Of a DNA stretch of 64,000 nucleotides, positions 31,042 to 41,860 are shown in pieces. The translations under genes were made by a program, and so were the position numbers. The notes under the pieces were generated by a model. It saw only the letters and a list, made by a program, of their open reading frames with translations, had not been told where the DNA came from and ran no database searches. The DNA comes from an uncultured Verrucomicrobiae bacterium. GTDB lineage: Bacteria; Verrucomicrobiota; Verrucomicrobiia; Limisphaerales; Palsa-1400. Position 1 is the stretch's first letter. Each line of letters begins with the position of its first letter. The stretch is taken from positions 512,001 through 576,000 of the forward strand of contig CAVPOM010000006.1 in NCBI GenBank assembly GCA_963707025.1, in the 5' to 3' direction.

Positions 31042-33591
31042 ATGCGCCTTCGCCAGCCGACCCTGCGGATGCCGGAGGGGTCCGGTGGCCGGATCTTCCC
31101 GGCGGGGCTGTTCCTGGCGGGCTGGTTGCTGGCGGCCGCATCCGCGCTGGCCCAGGCGAAATTTGAGGCCACCTTGGACCGCGACTCGATCAGCCTGGGG
31201 GAATCCACCACCTTGACCATGACGGTGGAAAACGGCTCGCTCCAGGGCCAGGTCAACCCGCCGCCCGTGCCGGGCCTGCAATATGGCGGCACCAGCACAC
31301 AGCAACAGACGCTCTTCGACGGCGCGCATCTTACGGTCAAGACCATTGTTTCGGTGGAGGTCCAGCCCACCCGCGAAGGGAGTTTTACCATCCCCGCCAT
31401 CCAGGCCGCCGTGGATGGCCGGCGTTTGGCGAGCAAGCCGCTGACCTTAAGAGTGGCCAAAGGAAATCTGCCGCCGACGCCCGACAAACTGGAAGGTGCT
31501 TTTGTCAGACTTGCCGTGCCCACCAACACCATTTATGCCGGCCAGGTCATCCCGCTGGAGATCAAGTGTTATTGCCAGGCGGTCTCCCGGGTGGAGCCGC
31601 CGCAGTTGAGCAGCGACGCCTTCATCATCGGGGCCATGCCGGAGGTTCCCCAGCGCGCGCCCCAGGTCAACATCAACGGCACGATTTACAATTTTATTAG
31701 TTTCCGCCTCCCGGTCACAGCCACCAAGGCCGGGGACATCACCCTCGGTCCGGCGACTTGGAGCGTGACGCTGGTGACGCGGCGGGATTTTTTTGGCAAC
31801 CCTTTCAGCACCGCGCCGGCCAATCCCAGCAGCGACACGCTGGCCTTTCATGTCCTGCCCATCCCGACCAACAATGTCCCTCCCGGCTTCCATGGCGCGG
31901 TGGGCGAATTTTCCCTGGCCCAATTCGAGGCCGGTCCCGCCACCGTGGCCGTGGGCGACCCGATCACCTTGAAAATCCGCTTCGCCGGCAAAGGCTCGTT
32001 TGACTCCCTATCCCTGTCCACCGATGAACCGGGCTGGCGCGATTTCAAGACCTATCCGCCGGCGAAGAAATTTGAAAGCAGCGACCCGCTGCAAATGGAA
32101 GGCTCCAAGTATTTCGAGCAGGTGATCACGCCGGAAAATGTCGGGGTCAAGGAAATTCCGGCCTTTGTCTTCAGCTATTTTGATCCGGAGGGCGGTTCCT
32201 TTCACACGCTGACCCATCCGGCCATTGCCTTGCATGTGCTGCCCACCGCCGCCACGCCGCCGCCCACGGTGGCGGCCGCGCCCGCCCTGCCTGGCGCCAC
32301 CCCGCCGCCCGCGCAGGAGATTGTCAACATCAAGGTGCGCCTCGGCGCCGTGGCGCTGGCCGGGCCGCCGTTGTTGCAGCGGCCCGGTTTTCTCGCCTGG
32401 CAGGCCGCCGCGCCCCTGGCCTGGGTTTGCGCGCTGCTCTGGCGGCGGCAAAAGGACAAGCTGGCCAACAACCCGCGCCTGCGCCGGCGCCGCGCCGTGG
32501 CGCGCCTGGTGCATCAAGGTTTGACGGAACTCTCCGCCCGCGCCCGCGCCCAGGATGCCGGGTCATTTTACGCCACCGTTTTTCGTCTGCTCCAGGAGCA
32601 ATTGGGCGAGCGGCTCGATTTGCCCGCCTCCGCCATCACCGAGGCGGTCCTGGAAGAGGCGCGGAGCAAGGGTTTGCACGAAGCGACCGAAACGCTCCTG
32701 CGGGAATTATTCCACGCCTGCAACCAATTCCGCTACACCCCCGAACACACCGCCCAGGAACTGGCCTCCCTCATTCCCAAAGTGAAGACCGCTTTGCACG
32801 AATTGCAAAAGATGACCCCGCCGGCCGCCGCTCCGGTTGGGAGAAATCTGTTGCAGGGCGCCGGCGGCCTGCTCCTGCTGCTGCTGGCGGCGGCCGGCGC
32901 GCGCGCGGCGGACGCCCCGGACAAATTCGCCCAGGCCAACAAGCTTTACGAGGAAGGCCAATACGCCGCCGCCGCCGCCGCTTACGAGAAGCTGACGCAG
33001 ACGGGGCCGGCGGCGGCGGCGGTTTATTTTAATCTGGGCAACGCCTGGTTCAAGGCGGGCCAGTTGGGGCGCGCCATCTGCGCCTATCGGCGGGCCGAAG
33101 AGCTGGCCCCGCGCGATCCCGATGTGCGGGCCAACCTGCAATTTGCGCGCAACCAGCCGGGAGCGGGGGCGCCCGCCCTGCCGGGGGTTTCCTGGGCGCG
33201 CTGGCTCCCGCATCTCACGCTCAACGAATGGACCGTCTGGTCCTCGCTGTTCGCCGCGCTTTTTTTTGCAGTATTGACAGGGCGGCAGATTTGGCCCGCC
33301 TGGAAAAAATCCACGGCCGGCCTGGCCTGGGCGCTGGCGGCGGCGTGGGTCTGTGGGTTGGCCTGCCTGGGCCTGGCGCTGGACGCCCGTTTCGGGGCGC
33401 AGTCCTCGGTCGTGATCGTGCCCGAAACGGTGGTGCGGCTCGGTCCGGACGACAAGGCCGCCAGCGTGTTCACCGCCCATGACGGCGCGGAACTGTTGGT
33501 CTTGGATCGGAGCGAGGGCTGGCTGGAAGTGGCCGACGCCGCCGGGCGCAAGGGTTGGGTGCCGCAACCCGAAGTTGCGCCGGCGCCGTAA
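31042..33591 (+). CDS. BatD-like protein fused to BatE-like TPR/SH3 module
   Basis: Three Ig-like BatD domains (GAVGEF, FSYFDP), then YFNLGNAWFK..GRAI..YRRA..LAPRDPD..ANL and GWVP SH3 end. Confidence 0.85.
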   Translation: MRLRQPTLRMPEGSGGRIFPAGLFLAGWLLAAASALAQAKFEATLDRDSISLGESTTLTMTVENGSLQGQVNPPPVPGLQYGGTSTQQQTLFDGAHLTVKTIVSVEVQPTREGSFTIPAIQAAVDGRRLASKPLTLRVAKGNLPPTPDKLEGAFVRLAVPTNTIYAGQVIPLEIKCYCQAVSRVEPPQLSSDAFIIGAMPEVPQRAPQVNINGTIYNFISFRLPVTATKAGDITLGPATWSVTLVTRRDFFGNPFSTAPANPSSDTLAFHVLPIPTNNVPPGFHGAVGEFSLAQFEAGPATVAVGDPITLKIRFAGKGSFDSLSLSTDEPGWRDFKTYPPAKKFESSDPLQMEGSKYFEQVITPENVGVKEIPAFVFSYFDPEGGSFHTLTHPAIALHVLPTAATPPPTVAAAPALPGATPPPAQEIVNIKVRLGAVALAGPPLLQRPGFLAWQAAAPLAWVCALLWRRQKDKLANNPRLRRRRAVARLVHQGLTELSARARAQDAGSFYATVFRLLQEQLGERLDLPASAITEAVLEEARSKGLHEATETLLRELFHACNQFRYTPEHTAQELASLIPKVKTALHELQKMTPPAAAPVGRNLLQGAGGLLLLLLAAAGARAADAPDKFAQANKLYEEGQYAAAAAAYEKLTQTGPAAAAVYFNLGNAWFKAGQLGRAICAYRRAEELAPRDPDVRANLQFARNQPGAGAPALPGVSWARWLPHLTLNEWTVWSSLFAALFFAVLTGRQIWPAWKKSTAGLAWALAAAWVCGLACLGLALDARFGAQSSVVIVPETVVRLGPDDKAASVFTAHDGAELLVLDRSEGWLEVADAAGRKGWVPQPEVAPAP

Positions 33592-33600
33592 GGGCGGCGG

Positions 33601-33969
33601 TTATTGAATCGGCGCGGTCGTCACCTTGCCCTGCACCGGATCATAGACCAGTTTCATGCCAGCCGGCGCGGCGGGAAGCTTGCCGATATACTCCTTGGTC
33701 ACCAACTCATTCAAATCTTTGGGCAGGCGTCCTTCCTGGACGTTGAAAAGCTGGACTTCCTCGTTCAACGAGGTCACATCCACCGTTTTGACGGCGGATT
33801 GCTGCGCCTTGACCATCGTGCCCAGATAACCATTGCCGGCCGGCGCCGGCGGCGGGGCTTTGTTGACCGTGGTCACGGTGGTGGTGGTGGTGGGAGATTT
33901 CTCATTCTTGCCGCAACCGGCGAGGACGAGTCCGGCACCCAGGAAAACGAGGCAGCAGACGGATTTCAT
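33601..33969 (-). CDS. Hypothetical lipoprotein
   Basis: Lipobox LAGC; GRLPKDLNELV..YI motif reminiscent of a pseudopilin C-terminus. Confidence 0.75.
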   Translation of the reverse strand: MKSVCCLVFLGAGLVLAGCGKNEKSPTTTTTVTTVNKAPPPAPAGNGYLGTMVKAQQSAVKTVDVTSLNEEVQLFNVQEGRLPKDLNELVTKEYIGKLPAAPAGMKLVYDPVQGKVTTAPIQ

Positions 33970-34009
33970 GGAATAATTCTACGCCGCCGTCCGCGGAAAA
34001 TCAAATCCT

Positions 34010-34144
34010 TAGAGCGGTTTCACAAATACTGTAGCCGCATTACAAGGTAGGGTCCCGGCAGGCCGGGATTGCCCGCCGCGGCGCGCACGGAGTGCGCGCC
34101 CTACCACCCTCATTTAGGGCTACACAATTTCTTAAACCGCCCTA
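34010..34144. mobile_element. 135-bp IS630-type MITE with internal REP dyad (copy 2)
   Basis: Same length, TA-bounded TIRs and identical core as 16380..16514. Confidence 0.88.
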
Positions 34145-34272
34145 CCCGGCAGAATTCACACACCCCGTCACCCCGGAAAGCATTGGATGACGAGCACAAC
34201 CCTGGCCCAGGTGTGCGCCGGACCGCCATTTTCCGCATGGTTGGCGGGATCCGGCAAGCGGTTGAAAGTTGG

Positions 34273-36406
34273 TCAAGGAACAACGGTGCAACGATAAAAC
34301 TGGGCGCCGGGCGGTTGGGCGGGCAGACTCTCATAAAAGACCAGCGTGCCATCGCCGTAGATCAAATCCAGCAATGGGCCGGTGCCCCAGTTCACTAAAT
34401 TGGTGCTGGAGTCGAGGGTGAATTGCTGGTCCACCACACCGGAAACGGAAAAGACATTGTAACCTCCCGCCTGCGCAAAACTGATAATGTTCACGGGGGT
34501 CAGCACGGGCACCACCTGGCTGCGAAGAATAGCGCCTTCAAAGCCGACCGCCACCAATTGGCCGCGTTGGGTGGCAGCGCCGTCGAGGGACGCGGTGGTG
34601 ATGGTGCCGAGGTTGGTCCAGGTTGTAAAATTTGTGCTGGCCAGGACCGCGCCTTGGTTGCCCACGACGTAACAGGTGTTGCTGATCATGATGGCGTCGT
34701 TCAACCAATTGGTCAGGCCGCTGTGCAGCGAGGCCCAATTGGTGCCGTTGGTGCTGCTCAGCAGGGTGCCGTTTTCGCCGACCGCCAGCAGCCTGCCGTC
34801 CAGGCAACGCAGGCGGTAAAGCCAGTTGGTCGTGCCCGAAGCGCGACTGGTCCAGTTGGTGCCGTCGGGGCTGGTGAGAATGGTGCCGGCGTTGCCCGTC
34901 AGCACCAGCAGGCCGTTGGTGCAAGCAGCGATGCCGGACAAATAATTCGCCGTCCCGGAGGCGAGCTGGCTCCAGTTGGTGCCGTCCGGACTGTTCAGCA
35001 GGGTGCCATTGCCGCCGATGAGATAGAAATTGTTGCTGAAGGTGCCGACGCCGGCCAGGTCATTCGTTGTCCCCGCCGGCGCGGGCAGGGCATACCAGAC
35101 GACGCCGAGTGTGCTGGCGTAGTTGGTGAACAAACTGCCATCCTGATTGGTTTCGATGACGGCCACGAGGAGATTTGGGCTGATGGCCAGACTGCCCTTG
35201 CTGCCGGCGGCGACGAGCAGGTTGGTTGTGCCGCCGACACAAAGGAATGCGGTGTTGGTGCTGGAAACAGAATTCGTCAGCGGAACTTCCTCGACCGTCC
35301 AGTCCGCCCCATTGCCGCTGGTCATGATGCGCGCATTGTCGCCCACGGCAACGTAGAGGCCGTTGGCCATTGTTACCTGAAACAGCCAGTCGCGCGGGCA
35401 AGAATAGGGCGTGTCCCAACTGTAAATGCCGTTGCTGGCAGAGCTTGCCACCAACATGCCGTCATATCCGGCCAGTTCATAGCCGCCGTTGGTGTCGAGC
35501 ACGGAGGCGAAGTAGGTCCAGGCCGGCACATCCGCCAGGGCGGAACCAACCTGTTCAGGCCAGATGACTTTGTTGGTGGGGACCGAACCGAGGCGGACTT
35601 CATCATTTCCCGCCAACAGACCTGTCACATGGTCGGCGGCAACGGTATAGAGCACATTGGTGGAAGGGCTGACAAAACCGAAGTTAGTCCAGTTCTGGCC
35701 ATTGGTCGCGCTGTAAAACGCGCAGCCCGCATCGCTCACCGTCCAGAATCCGGTGTAGGGGAAATTGGTATGGGAGCCGGACGTGTCAATCCAAGCCACA
35801 TCCTCCAACTGGCCATAGGACTCAGCAATGGAGCGTGAGGTCCAGTTGGTGCCGTTCCTGCTGGTGGCGATATAACCCGCTTCCCCCGTGGTCACGAAAA
35901 GGCCATTGCCATAGGCGACGCTGAGCAGCCAGAATTCTCCCAGGTTGGGAGGTGGCGATCTGCAGATGCCAGGCGGCGCCGTCGGTGCTCGTGTAAAGAG
36001 CCCCATTGTCACCCACGGCCACGACCAGGGTTGGCGAGGCGGCCACAGAGACGATCCAGTTGGTGGTGTTGAGCGAAACGGGAGTAAAACTGACGCCATC
36101 GTCCGAATAAGCCACCGCGCCGTGGGAGCCGGTGATGATGATGCGATTGCCAAAAAAGGTCACCGCCTGAAGGTCGTTGGTCAGATGGCTGTTTTGCGCA
36201 AACCAATTAACCAGGTCCGAACTGGTATAGACCCTGCCCCGGTCACAGACTTGCACCCCCAAAGTCCCGTTCCAGGCCATGCCCACAATATTATTGCCGT
36301 GGGGCTGTGGATTGCACCAGCTCCAGGCCAGTGGTTGAGCTGACCCAGGGAAAACGGGCGCGACCGTAAAACCGAGCGCCAGCCAGAACCGTCTCGCGAG
36401 ATGCAT
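34273..36406 (-). CDS. Secreted BNR/beta-propeller repeat protein (one-base frameshift near 35959)
   Basis: Signal peptide MHLARRFW; many VAVG..G....S.DG.NW repeats; WHLQ joins SPPPNLGEF if one A is removed; ends FYRCTVVP. Confidence 0.82.
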
Positions 36407-36422
36407 ATAAGATATGGAGTGC

Positions 36423-37883
36423 TCAACCCGGCTGATCTGTTGCCAATAGTTGTCCGGCGGTCCTGCTCTGGAGGGGTGCGGCGGGCGGCTGGGGCACACT
36501 GAGGCGGAAGGTGCAGCCGGTGGGAGCGTTGCCCAACAGCTCCAATTTTGCGCCGAGGGATTGCGCCAATTGTTTGCTGATGGCCAGGCCGATGCCGCCG
36601 CCGTCTTTCTTTCCCGAAGTGCAGGGCATGAAGAGCCGCCCCTCCAGGCCGGGCGGCAGACCGGGGCCTTGATCGCGGACTTCAAAGTGGATGGCCCCGT
36701 CGCCGCCCGTGACGCGGATTTCAACGCTCTTGCCCGGCGGGGTGGCTTCGATGCCATTTTGCACCAGGTTTTCCAGAATCAATAAAATAAGATCCGCTTG
36801 ACGGTTTGACAAAACCCCCTGGCACGGTGCCTTGGTTTGGAAACCAACGCCGGTGGCCTCCGCCAGCGGCCCGGCCTTTTGCGCCAGCATCCCGACCAGT
36901 TCGGCAATGGACACTTCATAATCCGCGCCGGTTTGCTGTTCCTGCAAGACGCGCACCACGCGGTTGATCAATTCTTCCATGCGCTGGGTGGTGCTCAGGG
37001 CCGTGCGCCATTCGGTGTCGGAGCCGATGCCGTTTTCCGCGTTGCGGGCGCGGACGAAATGGCGCAGTCCGCTCAACGGGTTTCTCAGTCCATGAATCAA
37101 ATGCGAGGCGACCGCGCCCACCGCGGAAGTGCGGGCGGCCAGGGCCAGTTCGCGATTGGCTTGCAGAAGATTGCGGGTGCGTTCGGCCAGTTTTTGGTGG
37201 GCGCGCTGGACGCGGCGCAGAGCCAGGCCCAGTCCGGCCATCAAGATGGCCGCGGCCACGAGGAAGGCGGCGGAAAATTTCAGCGCCAGATTTCGGTCCA
37301 AGCCGGCGTATTGGCGGGCCATGGTGCTGCCGTCCATCAGAAATTGGATCACGCCGGCGAGATGCTCATGATCGTCGGTGCGCAAAGGCACTTCCACGAA
37401 TAAAAGGGGTGCGGCGGGGCTGTCCGATTCGGCCAGGAGGTCCTGCTCTTGCATCCGGGCATGGGCGGAAAAGTAACTGACCGGCTGGAGGTTGCGCAGC
37501 GGCCCCAAATCGTCCGCCGGCAGCGCGGCCTCGGTGATGTAAGCGGGAAAGGCATTGGCAAATTTGCCATCGGCGGAATAGAGGCGCACCCCCAGCACAT
37601 TGCGCAAACGGGAGACTTCCAGGGCGAGCTGAAACTGTTCGCCCGGATCAGCCAGGGAGGAAATCGTCTCGCCGCGGCCCTGGTCATTCAAATGCTGCAT
37701 GAGCGTCACGGCGTCCAGAATCTCACCGTCGCGCTGGACGATTTGCCAGCGAATGCGCGCGCGCAAATCCAAGGCCGACCAGGCCAGCGTGCCGCCCAGG
37801 ACGGTCAGGGCCAGCCCGATCACGAGGAGGGGCGCCCATCGTGAGCGCGGGACCGGTCGCTCCAAGTCAGGCGCGGTTTTCAT
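36423..37883 (-). CDS. Membrane sensor histidine kinase
   Basis: Two TM helices; HGLRNPL, LENLVQNGIEA, DQGPG, GGGIGLAIS. Confidence 0.92.
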   Translation of the reverse strand: MKTAPDLERPVPRSRWAPLLVIGLALTVLGGTLAWSALDLRARIRWQIVQRDGEILDAVTLMQHLNDQGRGETISSLADPGEQFQLALEVSRLRNVLGVRLYSADGKFANAFPAYITEAALPADDLGPLRNLQPVSYFSAHARMQEQDLLAESDSPAAPLLFVEVPLRTDDHEHLAGVIQFLMDGSTMARQYAGLDRNLALKFSAAFLVAAAILMAGLGLALRRVQRAHQKLAERTRNLLQANRELALAARTSAVGAVASHLIHGLRNPLSGLRHFVRARNAENGIGSDTEWRTALSTTQRMEELINRVVRVLQEQQTGADYEVSIAELVGMLAQKAGPLAEATGVGFQTKAPCQGVLSNRQADLILLILENLVQNGIEATPPGKSVEIRVTGGDGAIHFEVRDQGPGLPPGLEGRLFMPCTSGKKDGGGIGLAISKQLAQSLGAKLELLGNAPTGCTFRLSVPQPPAAPLQSRTAGQLLATDQPG

Positions 37884-37959
37884 GCGGTTTGCTCCTTGTG
37901 CAAGTATAATCGAGGATGGACGCCGTGCAATTTGAAATTGGTTGCCGACATGGCTGGCC

Positions 37960-39106
37960 TCAAAATTCCCAGCGCAGCCCGCCGGATACGGTCCGGGCAA
38001 GGTAGTCGCCGGCGTTGCCGGCTTCGTTGGATTGGGCCTGCTGGTATTCCCAATTCGCAAAGACCTTCAGGCCTTTGTAGAGGCGGCGTTCGGCCTCGAA
38101 GGATAAATTGAATAAATCGCGGCCGAGGATTTCGCCGTTGAGTATGCCGACACCCTGGATGGGATAAATCTCGGCGACCCATTGGGCGCTGGCCTTGACC
38201 CGCCAGTTGGCCGTTTGCCAGCAAAGATCCTGGACGGCTTGATACTGGTAGTAATTGAAAAAGCCGCCGCCATTGTCCTGCTTATCGGCAAAAATCAGAC
38301 GCGTGGCCGACCGCCATTGGTGGTGTGCGTCCCAATATTGGCGCCAGGCCAGTTCAATCCGTTGTTGGTAAATCTGCAGAGTTCCGGCTCAAAGGCCGGC
38401 CATAGGCGTCCAAGGCCACCCATTGGGCGTGCGGCTGATAGGAAACCCCGTAACTCAAGGTGACATCGGACCCCTGGCCAAAATCCGATCCCGCCGTCAC
38501 GACCGGTCCATACTCCCAATACTCATCCAGCGGCGGTTGGAAAAACCAGTGCGTGACGGGCGATTCCAGTTGCAGCCAGAACCCCGCCTTGAAGTCTTTG
38601 CGCAGCCAGGGCCGCAAGGTATATCCGTATCCGTCCACCAGGGCCGTGGCCGGCACGCCCAAACTGGTGGAAATATCCAGCACCTGCTTTTCGTAAATGC
38701 CCCGGACTTCCCATCCGGCCCGCCAGCCGCGCGGCAATTCCCGCTCGACGCGGAGGCTGGCGGTGAAGGAGTCTTCCGAGTTGGTGCCGACATTTTGCCA
38801 GTAGCGGATGTCATCGCCGATGACCGACCCCTCGATCTGCCAACCGTCCAACGGCAGCCGCAGAACCAGCAAATCCACCCCGTTGATGAAAAACTGGCTC
38901 CCGCGCGGATTGAAAGAGCTTAACAGGATATTGTCTTTGTAGCCCACCCCGGAGGAAAGGGTGATTTGATGGTCCCATAGCATGGATTCGGTCCAGAGCG
39001 GGATGTTTTCCGGAATTAAATTAGTGTCCACCTGCGGCATTTCAGCGCCGCGACTGCGCAGCAGGCTGACGGAGAAGAAGAACAGGATGATCAGGCCACG
39101 GCGCAA
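37960..39106 (-). CDS. Putative outer-membrane beta-barrel protein (one-base frameshift near 38382)
   Basis: Signal peptide, SSGVGYKDN; after removing one A the frame continues TLQIYQQRIELAWRQYW.. to SGGLRWEF-stop (terminal Phe). Confidence 0.75.
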
Positions 39107-39232
39107 ATCCCGCCGCAGGCGGGCAAAAGCACCCTGGCGGCCCGCGAGGGCCGGCAGACTTGGGCGCCTTGGTTTAAGACGGTTCAGAAAATTGGGTCGT
39201 GCCTTGATTGGAAATGAAAACCTCCGGCGCTG

Positions 39233-39511
39233 CTAAGCCCGCATGGAAATGGCACAGTCGGCAAAAGGAATGTTCCGCCAGCCAACTTTCTGAAGCCAAT
39301 CCACCAGGTCGGGTTGACCGCGGAAAGAAGGTTCGGACAATTCATCCGGCTTTGCCGCCAACACCAACGGAACGCCCTGAAGTTCAGCGCTCTTGGCCAG
39401 CAAACCATGTGACAACAAAGTCAACCTCTGGTCGGCCACCACTTTCGGCTCGACTTGGACCACGACACAAGGCACATCCGCAACCTTCATAAATGCAGCC
39501 AAAATGTTCAT
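39233..39511 (-). CDS. Hypothetical protein
   Basis: Co-oriented ORF between neighbouring genes; no recognised motif. Confidence 0.55.
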   Translation of the reverse strand: MNILAAFMKVADVPCVVVQVEPKVVADQRLTLLSHGLLAKSAELQGVPLVLAAKPDELSEPSFRGQPDLVDWLQKVGWRNIPFADCAISMRA

Positions 39512-39587
39512 AGAATCAATGCAATCAATCCAATGGCAAGGCGTCAAACTTCAAGTTAAGGCGCTTCGCAAAGTGCTGGGCGCAGGC

Positions 39588-40046
39588 TCAATGACCCCGG
39601 TGATGGCCAAGGCCGCCTTCGGTGGCTGCGTCATGCGCCGCGTCAATGATGCGCAAGAACTCTTCATGACTGATTTTACCCTTCAGTGCCGCGAGGTCAT
39701 CCTTGAGTTGTTCGCGAAAGCCTTTGAGCGCCGTCAGGAAGTCCTGGCGATTCTCCTGCAACAGGTCGCGGATTTGCTGGCGCTCGGCCGCGGTGGTGGC
39801 ATGGTTGAGCTTGATGAGCAACACATCCTGGGCGGCCAGATATTTGTCCCGCGTTTGGTCGAAGCCGACGATCAAAGTTTGGATCGCCTTGGGCGCGCCG
39901 CGAAGATCCTGATAGAGGTCTTTATCGCCATGTGGAACCACGACCGTTGCAGGCGGTGTCGCCGTGGTTTGGGCCCCGGCACTGCCCGATCCGCACAGAC
40001 CGGCCACCGTGAGGCCCGTCAGAAGCAAGTAACGAATTGATTTCAT
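39588..40046 (-). CDS. Periplasmic helical protein, Spy/CpxP/ZraP-like
   Basis: Signal peptide, all-helical charged body, His-rich tail GLGHHRGH. Confidence 0.65.
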   Translation of the reverse strand: MKSIRYLLLTGLTVAGLCGSGSAGAQTTATPPATVVVPHGDKDLYQDLRGAPKAIQTLIVGFDQTRDKYLAAQDVLLIKLNHATTAAERQQIRDLLQENRQDFLTALKGFREQLKDDLAALKGKISHEEFLRIIDAAHDAATEGGLGHHRGH

Positions 40047-40106
40047 ATTATCTAAAACTTTGCTCAACCGGAGCCAGTGTCTGCTGGTTCCCTACGGCTA
40101 TGCTTA

Positions 40107-40122
40107 AGCAGCAATCGTGCCA
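40107..40122 (-). promoter_or_regulatory. sigma54 promoter
   Basis: TGGCACGATTGCTGCT (GG-N10-GC). Confidence 0.78.
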
Positions 40123-40208
40123 CCGGCTGGCCCATTGATGGAAGCATGGCAAACACCGGGTAAACCAGGCCGGCAGCGCTTTTTTGGGCCGTTTTGGCTT
40201 TCTTTCGC

Positions 40209-40266
40209 TGGGTGAATTCACCCAGGGCTGGGGTTGTTCCGGAAAGGAATTGGGTGCTATTCCCCA
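40209..40266. promoter_or_regulatory. Putative enhancer pair TGGG-N8-CCCA
   Basis: TGGGTGAATTCACCCA at 40209 and TGGGTGCTATTCCCCA at 40251. Confidence 0.72.
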
Positions 40267-41675
40267 GAAGCGGCCTCGGCTGTATTCTTGCTTCCGCCCA
40301 GCCGGTAACGCAGGAAATCGCGCGAGACGCCCAGCAGGCGCGCCGCCGCCGAAACGTTGTTGCCCGTTTGCTGCAAGGCCCGGCCAATGAGCACCGCCAC
40401 CGCGTCATCCAGCACAAAACCTTCCGGTGGAAAACAAAAACTGGGATTCAGCCAATCGGCATGCGCCACCGCCTTGTTGGGATCAATCGGGGTCTGCAAT
40501 TGCTCCAGATTCAACTCGGCGCCGCCCTCGAAGACGATGGCCCGTTCCAGTTCGTGGGCCAGTTCGCGCACGTTGCCCGGCCAGGCATAAGCCAGCAATC
40601 GCTGGCGCCCGCCGGCGGTCAGGCGCTTGACCGGAAGGCGATGCCGGTCGCACAAATTCTCCAGCAGCGATTCCGCCAGCCGGACAATATCCTCGCCCCG
40701 CTGGCGCAGAGGCGGAATGCGAATGCGATAGAGATCGAGCCGGTGAAACAAATCCTCGCGCAATTTTCCGGCGGCGACCAGCTCTTTGCCATCCTGGTTG
40801 GTGGCCGCGATGATCCGCGCATCCACGGCCAGCTCGCGCGTCCCGCCCAGACGCCGGATGCGATGATCCTCGATCACCTTGAGCACTTTGGCCTGGAGCG
40901 CCGGGGAAAGGCTGGGCAACTCGTCCAGAAAGAGAGTGCCGCCGCTGGCGGCCTCGAACAGACCGATGCGGGCGGTGTGCGCGTCGGTGAAGGCGCCGCG
41001 TTCGTGGCCGAACAATTCCGATTCCGCCAGCGACTCGGGCAGCGCCGAACAGTTGACTTCGACAAAGGCCTGCGCGGCGCGCGCCCCGCGCTGATGCAGC
41101 CAGCGCGCCAGGGTGGTTTTGCCGGTGCCAGTTTCCCCTTGCACCAGCACCGGGGGCAACTGCGTTTGCATGCGGGTGTCGGCATCGAGGATCTTTTTCA
41201 ACTGCGCTTCCACCTCGGCCAGGGCGCGTCCGAAAAAGAAGACCGCCGCCGCCTTGGCTGTGTCGTCGCGCCGCTGTTCGTCCAAGCGGGCGCTCTTGCG
41301 GGTGCGCTGCGCCCGGGCCATGACCAGGGGCAATTGGCCGGCATCGAATGGCTTGACCAGATAATCGGTGGCGCCCAGCCGCATGGCCTCGACCGCGCTG
41401 GCCACGCCGCCGTTGGCCGTCATGACAATGACGGCCGTGGCCGGCGGAAAAACTTTTTCCCCGAGCAAATCCGTGCCCAGTCCGTCCGGCAGGTTGACAT
41501 CAAGCAGGACGAAATCCGATTGGGCCTCGCGGAGGCACCGGCGGGCGCCGGCAAGGGTCTCCGCCGTGGTGACATCGGCGCCAAACTGCTTCAGGGTGGC
41601 GGCCAACTGCCGCCGCAACAGCGATTCGTCTTCCACCACCAAGATGCTCACTTCTCTCAGGTCAGTTGTGCTCAT
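40257..41675 (-). CDS. sigma54-dependent response regulator (NtrC family)
   Basis: REC (VVEDE, LLDVNLPDG), GETGTGK, ESELFGHERGAFTDA, WPGNVREL, Fis HTH. Confidence 0.95.
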   Translation of the reverse strand: MSTTDLREVSILVVEDESLLRRQLAATLKQFGADVTTAETLAGARRCLREAQSDFVLLDVNLPDGLGTDLLGEKVFPPATAVIVMTANGGVASAVEAMRLGATDYLVKPFDAGQLPLVMARAQRTRKSARLDEQRRDDTAKAAAVFFFGRALAEVEAQLKKILDADTRMQTQLPPVLVQGETGTGKTTLARWLHQRGARAAQAFVEVNCSALPESLAESELFGHERGAFTDAHTARIGLFEAASGGTLFLDELPSLSPALQAKVLKVIEDHRIRRLGGTRELAVDARIIAATNQDGKELVAAGKLREDLFHRLDLYRIRIPPLRQRGEDIVRLAESLLENLCDRHRLPVKRLTAGGRQRLLAYAWPGNVRELAHELERAIVFEGGAELNLEQLQTPIDPNKAVAHADWLNPSFCFPPEGFVLDDAVAVLIGRALQQTGNNVSAAARLLGVSRDFLRYRLGGSKNTAEAASGE

Positions 41676-41860
41676 GCCAATGGGATTGCAGCGCCGCCGG
41701 TCATCTTGGAGCGCCACCGTCCAGTTGTGAAGTCTGAAATTCCATCTGATGTTTACCTGCTTCCAGTGCAATCGGACCACGGTGCGCCTGGCCGGGACCG
41801 TGTCTCCGGCTTTCCAATAATTTAACGCGCGGCGGGATGTCGTGCGGCAGCCCACAGGCT

